Assembly (NCBI GenBank): GCA_977016875.1
Contig: CDRNST010000144.1
Location: 682,001 to 746,000 of the forward strand
Direction: 5' to 3'
From: Pavona decussata
Lineage: Eukaryota
DNA length: 64,000 nucleotides
Shown: positions 49,352-62,450 of the stretch, in pieces
Numbering within the stretch: position 1 is the first letter of the stretch
Layout of the letters: each line of letters opens with the position of its first letter
The notes under the pieces: generated by a model
Seen by the model: only the letters and a program-made list of their open reading frames with translations
Databases searched by the model: none
Told to the model about the DNA's origin: nothing
Made by a program: the position numbers and the translations under genes

Positions 49352-50850
49352 ATGGCTTGTAACTATGAATCACTGGAAGAACAAATTCTCAATATGCTTT
49401 TTGATGATCAAGAGGAAAAGAAGCAGTACAATGGTTTCAATTGTGTAAAAGCAGAGGAAATCGAAAGAGAGTTTGAAGAAGATGACTCGAACTTTGCAGA
49501 TTTATTACTCGATGAAGACTGCTTTGAGCGATATTAGCCTGAATGATACTGCATGGTCGAACGACGATGATAGAAGTCAAAGTTACTCCCATTCACGGAA
49601 CAGGTGGGCCTGTCAGTTCACTTGCACGTGCCGAAAAAGCGCTTGATTATTTCAAGTATTTATTATTAGCAGACTCGATCACTACAATTGTGAACAATAC
49701 GAACAACAATATGACGGAGACAATTCTTGATTTTGAAGACGAGAGAAAACTGGTTGCATAACAATGCAGTAGAAATTATGGCTTTCCTCGGCGTTCTTGT
49801 TTTGCATGGGAATGGTAAAGCTACCGGAAGTCTCTATATACTTTAGCGCTGACCCAAGAATTCACCAGGTGGCAGTGGCATCAGTATTCTCAAGAAAGGG
49901 CTTGCTCCAACTTTAAGTATTTGCATGTGACTTCACCAACTGAAGTACCACCCAGAAAGCATCCTGATTACAAACTACAGAATCAAACCTCTAACTGACA
50001 CTATCACGAACATTTCAACAAATGTATAATCCGCACTGCAAACAGTCTATTGATGAAGAAATGGTGAAATATAAGGCTAGGGTTAAGTTTTTACAGTACA
50101 CGCCAATGAAAACTTGCAAAAGGGGAATTAAAATTTGGTTTGGTTGTGATGTGCACAATGGCTACCTCAGAAAGTTTAAAATTTACACGGGTGACGCACA
50201 TGAAAATCAGATATCAGCTGGGAAAGGTCAGACGCAAACACTGCAGCAGGGTTTTGATGCGTGATGCTACTTATCTTACTCATCGTCTTGCAGGAAAAAA
50301 ATTACTTCATTTTCATGGACAACTTTTTTTACAGGCATTTACCTTTCTCTCTCTTCTCAGAGCAAAAATATATTGTGAGACGATGCGTGAAAATCCCAAG
50401 GGATTTCCTTCTTCATTGAAAGGAGTGAAACTCGCAAACCAGGGGGACTCCAAATTCGCCAGACATGGAAATTTAATTGGCATCATATGGCAAGATAAAG
50501 CAAAAGCAAAAAATGTTGCCCCACTAAGCACCCAATTCAGGCCAAACCAATTTTCTAGGGTCAAGCGAAAATGAAGACGTGGCACGCGTAGTGGAGGTCA
50601 TGAAGCAATAACAATAAACAACCGAAGGCCAATAAAAAATGTAACAAATCCATGGGCGATGTGGATTCTCATGATCAAGCCCGATACATATACCTACAAT
50701 TCTCATCTAATCATCCTTGCCACATTTTCACAGGTATCGTTAAGACAGAGACAATACAGTACAGTTGACTTTCTTCTACAGTTGATGACCCCAACATTAT
50801 ACAGACGTTTTACCCTTTTGCCGAGTAAGGTTGCCTACAGGTGATGACTA
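49352..50850 (+). mobile_element. piggyBac (PGBD4-like) transposase remnant
   Basis: Acidic N-terminus; YNPHCKQSIDEEMVKYKARVKFLQYTPMK..KRGIKIW; FMDNFF; NKSMGDVDSHDQ. Heavily frameshifted; no TIR identified. Confidence 0.88.
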
Positions 50851-53210
50851 TGCACACTTACTTTTGCCATTGTGTCAGTCCCTTTGATATCAGTAACTTA
50901 AACTATCTTAAAGTATTAAAGTTCCTGAATTGTTGCTGCTAAGCCATATTATCTTTCTTACATCCGCACATTACAGGCTTTGCCCTGAGTCTCAATATAT
51001 TTAGTTGTTTTGCTTCTCGTCAGAAGACCGTGATATGACACAATTGAAGCTGTTGCTGGATATATTAGATAATACACTTTACTTCGATTGGACAGAGGAC
51101 AGCCACCAAGAACTGATTTTTTCATTATGTAATTATTTCCTTGTGGACCAGGACTATTGCTTTCCATTATTCTATCGCTCACTCCGACATGATTACGCTC
51201 CTTAGCATGAACGGTACTCATACCTGCCTCCTGTTTTCTTCACGACACAAGTCAACTACGATGTCCTTGCATCACACTTATTAGAGTATTTTAACAAATT
51301 TAACAGACACATTTTTGTACCACAATCTGTTTTATTTTGTGCTCGTACTTTGGATGAGTTCCTTTCCCGAGTGCATACCTTTTCACCAACCGTCACTACC
51401 ACAAGACGGAATCATGCTCCTTATATTTGGTCTTGCGCCTGAGAAGGAACAACCTGTGCCACCTTTTATGCAAGATAACTTTAGAGTCTATTTTGTTTTG
51501 CTCCTTGTCTTTTTTTCTTCTTAAGTGCTGATAACTTTCACATAATTCTTTTTCCAATTTATATACAGGTTGTTTCTTCTTTTTTCTTATTTCATGTGAC
51601 TTATTTTGTATGAACGTTTGGATGTTTGAAATATTTCGGCATACAGTAATCATATTTCATCTTGTGTTCGTCTACACTTTGGATATGAATTGATGTTATT
51701 AAGCAAAGCCAACGAACGACACACTAAATATTTCAACTTTAATATTCAAACCTAAACTGATTTTCTACAAGGCGTTTGTTATACACCATATTTCTTGCGT
51801 GATATTTCACGAAAACAAGAGGTGCAGAGGCCAATCAAATTGACAAATTACTCTGTATAAGAAAATAATTTAAAAGCAAACTCGTTTTCCATATTATTAA
51901 CAGAAGAACAAAGGTTGAAATTTTTGATGAATGTGCTTTTGAATACAAAGAAAGAGAACAGAGCTCATCAATGAAAATCATTGATATTAACAAGATGCCT
52001 GCTATACTGGCATTACGCGTGATGCTGGGGCTGATGCATTTATTGCAACTGTATGCTTTGCCGATTGATAAAACTATCCAACTATCTGCATGCAAATTTC
52101 ACAAGTTTAAAGATTATAATGTAGCGGCTCAGTGCAACAGAACAATTTAGTTACAAACTGGAACATACATGCCTGTGTACATAATTTACGTACACCATTA
52201 CAACGCCTAAAATGTGCACGAATTGTATGAAATTCGTCGTCAGTTTTCAAATAGCGCGAACAATATGAAACAAATTTTGACAGTGCAACTCAAAAATACT
52301 TAACTGGAACAGGCCAACTTACTCGAATAGGAAAGGCTCTTCAGAGAGTACCACAATTTCGCACGCACTGATGTAGTGAGCTTTCCCCGAAGTAACCCAG
52401 CCACTGCCATCCCGAACGCATTCACTTTAGAGAATTCGTGAATCATAGTGGTGGAAGACGCACCTTCTACGGATGTCCATTATCCGCGGCTTATCTATAA
52501 TCTACCCAAGTAACCATAGACAAGAAGAAGCCGATTTCGACAGCATTCGTTTGGTGAGCCAAATGAATAACACCTTTATTTTCTTTTGATGACAGAGCAA
52601 ATTCTTCTTTTATTGCATAAGTGAATACAATGCAAATTGGAAGGAGAATCTAGCAAATGATCAGGAGTAAGTTAGAGCTTTTTCCCATGCAGCACTTCAT
52701 TTGTACAATTACCAACTTCAATAGCAACAATATTATATGCAACCATTTCTGCATATTTACTATAGCCAACTCATTCTAAATAGAAATGATATTATTAACA
52801 TAATTTCAGAATATTATAATATTATTTTCAACTTAGCTACTTCAAAAAATGATAATACTTCCACCCATGCAAAATTTATCCTATTGCTTTCAAATTTGTA
52901 AGGAATGATTCCAGCACGGTAGCATTGGTTGCAGCAGTAATTTTTACTCAATACCTACAGAGAACTGTATACCAGGAATAGTATATATTGTATGATTTGC
53001 AGGCTAATTAGAATATTTACATTCCCCCTCTTTTGTTCGTTTTATTCTCCCTAGTGGTAGATTTTAATGCTGCCATCGTGGTTTGTAAATGCAGGTTAAT
53101 GCATAAAAAAACCGAGGTTAGTGGGAGTGGGTGTTAGTTTATTGTGTCGAGAGTGGGAATACAATTTGGTCACTAGCACATACGTTAACTAAATAATGCT
53201 TTCTTTCACA

Positions 53211-53692
53211 GTTCAGAATCTCCTAGTCAAGCATTTTTGATAGCAGTGCATTACTTATACCTACGCTTAAAGGACACGTCACCTACAAAGTGGTCTGAAT
53301 TTACGTTGAGTTATGATGACATGTGCAATGTAGGAAAAATGTTGATTGCTAGGCAAAAATTGCCTCTGGAAGCACCCTACGACAGACTCTGGCTAGAAGT
53401 TAACAAAGTGATTGATCTGCTTCATATAAGAAACCACATAGATCTGAAATGCAAGGAAATCTTGAATCCCAATAAATTGAAACAACTGTATCCTCAGCTA
53501 AACGCGCCTGTTGCGGAACATACTTTTATCTGGGCTTTGCGTTTCAAGAAAATTCTAGGTGCTATGCCTAAATCTCATTTTTTATTTTTTTATCATAGAA
53601 TGGTGATAAGGAGGAATCGTTATACAGAAAAATGGTACAAAGCAAACACAATTCCTGTCTTGCCAAAATTGCGCTCAGTAAAGAGTTCTTAA
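53211..53692 (+). mobile_element. KDZ (Kyakuja-Dileera-Zisupton) transposase last exon
   Basis: Acceptor tttcacag; SESPSQ, LSYDDMCN, VIDLLHIRNHIDLKC, LNAPVAEHTFIW..RF, RRN. Confidence 0.75.
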
Positions 53693-53939
53693 TGTTGAGA
53701 TTTTATATTTTTATTTGTACTCGATAATTTATTACAATACAAATGCAATTAAAAAAATACATTGAAAATAAATGGAACCCCTACTGCTCTTTTCCGGTAA
53801 CTTATCGTGCTCGGTAAATGGTTGTTGTGACAAAAGTTTTTAACAGAGGTCAATTTTAAATCCTATAACTCAATGAAAACATTGGCCAAGTCCCAAGCAT
53901 GTAAGAACTGTGTAATGTGCAGATCAACTCGAAACTTCA

Positions 53940-54135
53940 ACACCCCCCCCCCTCCCCCCTTCCTGAGCAAACACCGGGCATTTGAACTTTTGAAGATTGG
54001 ATCGTTCAAATTTTGCCCCCCTCTGCCAAAAAAAAAAAGTTAAAATATATTTATCTTGCCTGATAAGTTACCGGGTCTTTCAAGAAACTGGTCCCTAGTA
54101 AAACTAATAATACCTGGAGTGCTTTACTCAGTTTA
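53940..54135 (+). repeat. Dispersed ~195-bp repeat (MITE-like), copy 1; copy 2 at ~55577-55770
   Basis: Both copies share a C-run, caaacaccgggcatttgaacttttgaagattggatcgttcaaattttgcccc and taataatacctggagtgcttta. Confidence 0.8.
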
Positions 54136-56814
54136 AAAATGGAATTTTATCGTTTGATATGTAACTGCTGTTGCATTGTACTTCAGTACCTGTAGAGTGG
54201 AAAATAAAAACATTTTTAAATAAACGTACACACCATTCTGTATTTAAAAGCGACGAAGAGAAAAGCCATGATTATTTACTTCAAATTTACTGTAAATTCT
54301 GAATTGAAATAAAATTGCCTGAAATTGTTTCTAAAAAAACTGAATGAAGTTCGAGAAGGTGTTCCGGATTTGAGTGATCGTTTATTTTAAGTCACGTCGA
54401 GTTCTGAAGAATTGTTTGAGCTCAATTTGTGGTTATGAGCTAATAAAATCTGAAAATAGTGCAGTGTGTTTGTTCTTAGGCTTTATTTCCACCATTCCAC
54501 GCAATAAAACGCTAACACGCTTTTTGGTTTTCATTTTTTTCAATCACAAATGCGACAAATCCACATCCAGAACATATCTGCAATTTAAAGATTGCGGAAT
54601 TTCACACGAAACACCAGGAGGATGAAAATTCGCTTCACGTCGCAAAACAAATTTCTAGTACAACACTTACCGCAGATTTAGGTCCTCGATGGATGTAACT
54701 TTGTTGCTTATGTAGTGGAATCCTCCGGAAAACTTCGCTTTTCTTGTATTCTTACAGTTGAAAAAAAACGGCAGAAAAGTGATTGTTGAAATTAAGTTAA
54801 GTGTTTAAGACATGAAGATCACTACAGTAGTGCTTGTGCTCGAAGGTTCAAATTTGCATCTCAATAATTCATACCAACGCTCGCTATAACTTTCCAATAA
54901 AGATTCCGATATGTTTCTAATATTTATATATTTCCTGCCCTACCATCCCGCCCCATTCCGGAATCGCCATGTCACTTTGATGCCGTAGGTGAATTAACCG
55001 GAGGCAATAATATTTACTGTTTTCTGCCACTATGACAGGTACACTTATGGAATGCCCGTTTTCGCCCGTTTTCGTCGATTGATAAAACTATCCTTGCTAA
55101 TGGAATAGTTTGAGTCACGACTAGCGCGTTACGTTGTTTTCCATGTGTCACGCTACTCAGACTATCAGCGGAAATTTGTCAAATTCCATTACAATAACGT
55201 AAGCTTCTGAATGACCTCTTTTCTGTCTCGCGTCGTGGCCTAATACTGTACAAATACAAAGCACGATTCCTTCACTAAGAACTCACCAATTACGTGTCGG
55301 GTGCTTCTTAGAAGTTATTCTTTCGATTTACCGCTTCAAAATGGTGAAATTTCCCTTTGAAAACGGCACACTTGAGTCCAGAATATGTTAAAACAATATG
55401 GCGCGACTTAATCCGTCTTTAATAAATATATCAAATGATCCATTGACGTCACACAGGTAGGGGTGAGTGGGTCCCCTCCCTCGCGATATAAGCGACATGA
55501 ATGGATTTTGATTGGCCTGCTGTTGTTGAAGACAATCAGAACAATACATCCCGAGTAGGAGAGGGGAGAGTTTAAACCCCCCCTCCCCCCTCCCCCCTAG
55601 CAAACACCGGGCATTTGAACTTTTGAAGATTGGATCGTTCAAATTTTGCCCCCTTTGGGCAAAAAAAATATTAAAATATATTTATCGTGCCTTATAAGTT
55701 ACCGGGTCTTTCAAGAAGGTGGTTTCTAGTAAAATTAATAATACCTGGAGTGCTTTAGTTAGTTTTAAATTCCCCCTGTTTTTCAGTTGGATTCTCGAAA
55801 CCGGTACGGTAAGCTTCTATGTAACCGCCGTCATCTTTGTTTATAAAAGTTAGCGTTATCTGGGGATAGTGTCTACACAACTGAGGGAAGTAGGAATGGT
55901 TCTTAGTATAGTCCGTTTTCCCGCCGCCCCATAACTGCGCTCCCCTCCCCTCTGTAGTTTATACACTCTCCCCAGTTCGCGCTCGATTTTAGAAACCAAG
56001 ATGGCGGCAGCTCCCTCGAAGCCTACCGGTTGATCATGGGCAAAAGGTGGATGGTAGTACATTTGTTAAAGTTCCAGTTGCAAATGAGTGCAGTATGCTC
56101 CTTTCTACAGTGGAGAAATTTAACAACAATATGTCCAAAGTTGGGAGGTTATCACAAAGCAATGAAAGGTAACTCTACAATCAGTACATATGGTGATTTT
56201 CCCTCAAATTTATCTGGGGAAATTTAGATTTATTGTCCTTTCTCTTAGCATGCCTTATTAGACCCCTTGGAGGCAACAAAATCCTGTTTTCTGTAGTACA
56301 CTTGTATTGATGAGTTGTGAATTCCCTGTGTGAATGAGACAAATCCAAAAATAAGTTACTTAGTCATAAAAATCAGTTGAATAGTTTCTTTAATAGCAGT
56401 CCCTTAAACGTACACTGGCACCTCCCGCTGTTTATCTGTTGAGGCTAAATTCCCTAAGAGGTACCAAAACTGCAACCAATCAAGGATTGGTTTCACCTCT
56501 GTAAAACTTTTATAACACCACCTAACAGCCTAGGCATATGTATAAACATCTATTTTTTTTTTCAGTTATACTGTTTACATGACAGTTGGAATGTGTAGTG
56601 GTGAAGTTTGGAATATGGGAGTCCTTGCAAGCACCAGTTTGGCTTGGATTGCAATTGAAGAATCATTGCTTCTTTCTCATTATGAGCCTCTTCGAAATAA
56701 AGCGAGCAAAGAAAATCCAAACTTTATGTAGTTTAATAATGGATAACGTTAAATGAGTCGAAAAACATGTACAAGTATCAGAAAGGGTAACTTATCAGCA
56801 AAGTTCACTTGTGG

Positions 56815-57095
56815 TTTTTTTAAGTCTTTCAAGATTGCGTCTTTGTGCAAAGACCTTGTTGCACATTTCACACTTGTATATGCTTAATTTTGTTTGCGTG
56901 CCTTTTCAATTTAGACTCGTTGTAAAAGGTTTTGTTGCAATCTTGACAAACACATTTTTTTGCATCCTTTTACGTTTTTTTGTACAGTATTTGTCCATAG
57001 CGAAGGACTTTCTGCATGTCGTATACTCCATCATATCAAGCAATCCAATGTCCCCTAAGTCCTCTCTGTATTACTCTGCTTTCTGCTTCCAGTCC
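56815..57095 (-). pseudogene. Degenerate C2H2 zinc-finger exon
   Basis: Minus strand reads IYKCEMCNKVFAQRRNLERLKKT; adjacent fingers are disrupted. Confidence 0.55.
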
Positions 57096-59599
57096 TGTTT
57101 AATATACAAAAGTTATGTCTTTAAATATTAAATATCAACATAATAATTGACACTAGAATTTCTTTTAATTATTAATGAGAGCTTTCTCTCATGCAACAAC
57201 TAACAATGCATTTACATAATGATGTCAGGTAACATGTGTATATATTCTAATAGCATTACAACCAACGAGGGTGATGGTCTTCATAACAATTTAATTATAA
57301 CTTCTGTGCACTCATTTATTATGCATTAAAATTTTTGAACTCTTAAGCACATTGGCTGAATGTCATAACCAGACAATAGATTCACAATACAGAAACTACT
57401 GTGAGAGTTAACCTTAGGCAAAGTACGTATGTACCATTAGTTGCGGAATCCCATTAAAAGAGCAATTAAATTTATATGAAGTGAGCATTTTACCAGAATA
57501 AAAAAGGTTTTGAAGGAGCTAAAAATTGTGGGGTAAAAATATTTGCATCTCTAAGGGGTGTGGGGTTTGGCAGTAGATAACAACTGGACTGACCTTATCT
57601 TTCCATATAAGTTGGTACCTAAAAGGTACCACAATCTCACTTGTGGGCTTGGCTTAAAAATTATACCCCTGCAAAGAAACCAATTATTGGAAATTTTAAT
57701 AAAAGTTCCTGTCACAAATTCACTCTAAACTGGACAACTCGTACACAATAAAAGGTACGATGACCACCTCTGTAATTTTTATATGGGAATATCTCCCTAA
57801 GCCAAACACATTTCAATTGTATAAAGCAAAACAACGGAAAGAGAAATCAGAATGATCTGGAATTTTTAGAGGAGTGGTTGTCAATATGAAAACCCTTCTG
57901 TGGTGGAGGGACAACTCAATGCATTATTATGTAATTTCACAACATTTTCATAACATTGTGAAGTGTGATTCGTTGCACCGCATCTTTGATCAGCTTGTGT
58001 GCTTGTGTGTTTTATTTGAAAAAGAGGATGGTGGCTTCCATCTCTGAAATTTGGCGTACAGGTATTTACAGATCTGTCAACATCATACTTTTTAGGGAAA
58101 TTTACACAAAGAGGAAAGGATTTTTGCTGTATGCACTCTGTGTTTTCCCCTCGAAAGACCAAGTAGAAACTAAACTTCTCTCGCTCATTACTCGATCGCG
58201 AACGCTTCAGTCCTGATCTCTTAAATTTTGCGTGGTTATCAAAAGAGCAGAGGATTAAAACTAGATTAAGCGGTAAACGCGAAGAGCTTACGATCGTTTT
58301 AAATACTGCACTTAGACGAACGTTTTAAATACTGAAATCTCCATTCTAGTATATGATGGACGAAAAACAGTTGCGCGAAAAGTGGTGAGGGAACTTTCTG
58401 AGTTACTTGAATTGACACGATTCTCTTCATCGAAAAAAGCAAGCCACTAATCTAAAATTTTAGAGTAAATTTGAGGGCGTCCCTGTCCCATTTGAAGTAA
58501 TCCCGCACATGTGGTTATAAAAAGTGCAGAGGATTAAAAGCTACGAACTTGTGTATCGTGTTGAATACTGAAATCACCATAATCTCCATTCGAGCATTTG
58601 ATAAAGAAAAATGGATTACCCAAAAGTGCTAAGGGAACTTTCTGAGTTAACTAGAAAAAGGCAAGCGAGTTTAATTTGATGTGAGTTCCGCTAGAGAGTC
58701 TAGCGCTCTAGTGAAAATATGCTGATGTAACCTAATCATTAAAAAAAATCATATCTTTTGCTTGGATTGTAGAAAAATTACGTTTTTTGCATGAAAATAA
58801 AGGCCAACTAAGATTTTAGAGAGAAATTAAGAATTTCTTTTCGCTCGAAACATTTCAACTCATGAAATTAGTGTAAACGTGGCACATCCGGTAGAGTTTT
58901 CGATTCGCTGCATGTTCACCACTAACAAGCACCATTTGATCGCATACAATTGTTAACTTTGAAAATTGATAATTCTCTTGCCATGAATCCGAGAACGGTA
59001 CATTTTTTCATATTTCAAACTTTATTTATTGCAATTACTCATAACTTCAAAGCAATGTAAATTTTATCGTTTCTTTCCCTCCAAAAATTGACACAGATCC
59101 ATAGTTGCCTTTTTTACAAATCCTAGTACGGTAGTTTTAGATATATTGAACAATTAATTCCTTTTAGTTTTCGATAACCGATATATGTAGATAGTAACGT
59201 TTCTGAAAAACTGAAAGCGTTTAGTTTCTTTCTTGTATTTGCACGGATCTAATTATGTTTGTCTGAGAATACGCGTGAAAATAATGTCAGTGACAGAATC
59301 TATTCAAGCGCTATGTACAATCTCTAAAGTGCCTATGAAGTGAAACATTTTTTGTAACAGATTGATAGTTAAGTGGTTTCTTTGTAAAACGTTCTCAAAC
59401 ATGCGACGTTCTCAAACGTTGAAAATAGCGCAGTAAATTGTGAGCCTACATATGTAGAAATGATTGTATTACAATGCAACATACACCAAAAATACGAGAG
59501 AGTCGTTTGTATGGACAGTTATTAATTACTTTTCCTGATTTTGCTGCTCTCATGTAGAAAAGAAAGATTTCAAGCAGCAAAAAGCTGTTCGAACAAGTC

Positions 59600-60662
59600 A
59601 ATTTTGCAAACCTTTTATGCTGTTTTCCCTGGATCTTCCCCAGGGATCTCCTTGCGCAATGCATCAATTCATGTATGCAGAAATTACAACAGAAACAGTA
59701 CAATTCACTGCAATAAAGCGCACAGAAAGAATCGCAGATAAAATTGCACATCCAAACGGAATGTAGTAAAGCTGCTGGCAGAGATTTTTTTTGGAGGAAT
59801 ACCAACTTGACAAGCAAATGTCCTGAAATGATATGCGATGCTTACCTCCATCAGGAATGGTGTAACAATTTGTAAACAATCATCATAGGCGTAACCTGTT
59901 TGAGTTCAAAGCTGGTTTGTACTGCACAGCGCACCGATCCGGTATTGCTAGGATCTTGCTGGATGAGAAGAAATTCTTTTCTTGTTTTTTTTGAAGACAA
60001 TTATAATCTTCCATGCGTTCATCACATCCAGAATTCCTTTGAGTCACAATAGTTCATTGTTCAAAGACCACCTGCCAATCAAAGTTGACTTCAACACACC
60101 CATGCGCGAAATAGGATCGCATACATCGCGCATGAAAGACATAACGCAGAGTGTGGGGTCTGGTACTTCCCCGTACTTGAGTGGAGGAGTAAAACAAGCA
60201 ATGTACGTAAGTTTAGTGGTAGCAAAATGAGCCAATTGGTATTTGGTACATCTGTAAAGATTATTGCAGGCCGGGAACAGATGATTCTTGTTAACGTTTA
60301 TTTAGAAAACAGAGAAAAGTGAAGTGTAGTTTACCCGTAGCTTAATGCGCACTTGATAGACATATCTGCGGATTACAACGCGTTTAATATTGATGTTGAC
60401 AAATGTTAAACATTTTCAGAAGAATCCCGAGAGAACACGTTGTGCAAAGATGATATTCCTTGCAGCAGCACTATTTTTAGTGCTGCTCAAGACGCTTTTT
60501 GCTGAGCAAGAGAGACTCGCCTCTCCCATTCAAGAAGTGGGCGATAGAGAAGGGTGAGTCATTTTGTAATTTTAAAAAATGTTGTTTACAATTTGTAATT
60601 GACATGACTGAGATACAGAAAAGAGATATACAAATTACTGAAATGAATTTTCTCTGCATCAA
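59600..60662 (-). pseudogene. Decayed two-exon gene for a Cys-rich secreted/membrane protein
   Basis: Signal-peptide-like MMQRKFISVICISLFCISVMSITNC; ~83-nt intron gg|gtaaac...tttacag| (~60335-60253); Cys-rich and hydrophobic segments with many stops. Confidence 0.35.
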
Positions 60663-61537
60663 TTACAGGGATCCAGTAGAGCACGAGGAGGATGCTCCCT
60701 GATAAGAGGGAGCATCGGGTGTAAATATACGGTTTTTTTACTGAAAGGTAAGAGTGCATAGTGCAAATTAGGAAACAAAGGCCAGGGTAGTCTGTTTACA
60801 TTACTCCTATTTTTCCTTGGGATTCACGAACGGTACGCAATCTCCGTAATCTTGGTTTGTAAAATCGAGCTCGATCTGTGGAGATTCTCTAATCTACAGA
60901 ATTGTGCGGGAGTGTGGTCATATGAGGGAGGGAAAGCGAAAACATAGGGGTTCTAAAGCGATGACAGCACGAATTACCGGTAATCTCACAGCAAGTTCTA
61001 AAAGTGGATACTTCTGGCGTATAAAGTGACGATGTTTTGATTTTAATCGTTTGTATTGTAGGCTTGCAGGCCTGATAATTATCAAAATTCTTGATACGCC
61101 TTTCAACTGATAACATTCAAAGAGAATCGAAACTGCATTATTGCATAGGAGCAAGACTAGAAACTCGCAAGAAGGAATTTTACTAGCACTCAAGATACTC
61201 TTGGGGTGGGGTAATATCCTATATAAAACGAGAATCGTTCATTTTAGGCAGCGCTATAATAATTTTATCTGTTCGGTGATGCTATTTTCGAAATTAGTGG
61301 GGGCATTTTTGTATATTTCTCGAAAACCTTCGGTATTATTTCCTTTCCGAAAGTCTTACATTGCATTTTTTCGGGACCAGAAACAACATTTTTATCTCAC
61401 GAAAGTTAGCAGTGAAAACTCCCTTTGGAAAAATGTAGGGGTATTAAGAACTTTCCGAACAGATAATTTACAGGAACTATCTGCTTGATGCCCAGGGGGG
61501 TACTCCCAAAAAAATTGGGTATGGGTGTGCTCCCCTC

Positions 61538-62428
61538 TTCCCTAAACCCTTACCTTATTTATGAGTAAAATCTGCGATTTTCCCTACATTATTTATGACC
61601 TGAAGTAGCTTGTTTTAAAACAAAACATTGAACCAAGGACTAGAGTGCTAAAATCTATACCTTATTTATTACCAAAATGGTAGCAAAATGGCTAAAAACG
61701 ATATCCTATTTATTACCAAAACAGCAGAAAAACCATACCCTTTTGCCCCGCGCATATTTATATAGCCAACTCAAGTGAGTTAAGGCTTGACCAGTCGACT
61801 CAAAATACCCCCCACGACGCTCACGGGTTCACGCGTGCAGATTTACACTCGCAATCCAAGATGGCGACCCCCTCGCTGTCAGTCGCATCCCGTTTTACGT
61901 GTAACTTTGTATAGCAGCGAGACGATACGAATTTTTTTTACAGCTTTTTTGCGAGGAAATGTTGGGTTACTGGCTTTTCAACGAGAGGTAGGTTTCGTTT
62001 TCTTCTGTTCTTCTCGTGAATGTAAATTATCGTGCCTGATCTGATGTTCGGTCGTGAAGCACGGAAGGCACTTCGGGCGACCGCTTTGAGTTTCATCAAA
62101 TACATATTTATACTAAGAGCCTTTTTTTAGCGTAGAGAAGAATCATATTTAGATGCTGATTTTTTACCAAGCATTCTGATTTGCTCATTTATTAGGTGTT
62201 CCCTAAACCCTTACCTTATTTATGACTAAAATCTGCGATTTTCCCTACATTATTTATGACCTGAAGTAGCTTGTTCTAAAACAAAACATTGAACCAAGGA
62301 CTAGAGTGCTAAAATCTATACCCTATTTATTACCAAAATGGTGGCAAAATGGCTAAAAACGATACGCTATTTATTACCAAAACAGCAGAAAACCGTACCC
62401 TTTTGCGCCGCACATATCTATATAGCCA
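61538..62428 (+). repeat. ~230-bp direct repeat pair (61538-61768, 62198-62428) flanking a 430-bp unrelated segment
   Basis: ttccctaaacccttaccttatttatga...tatagccaa occurs twice. Confidence 0.85.
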
Positions 62429-62450
62429 ATATAAGGGATTACCCACCCAC

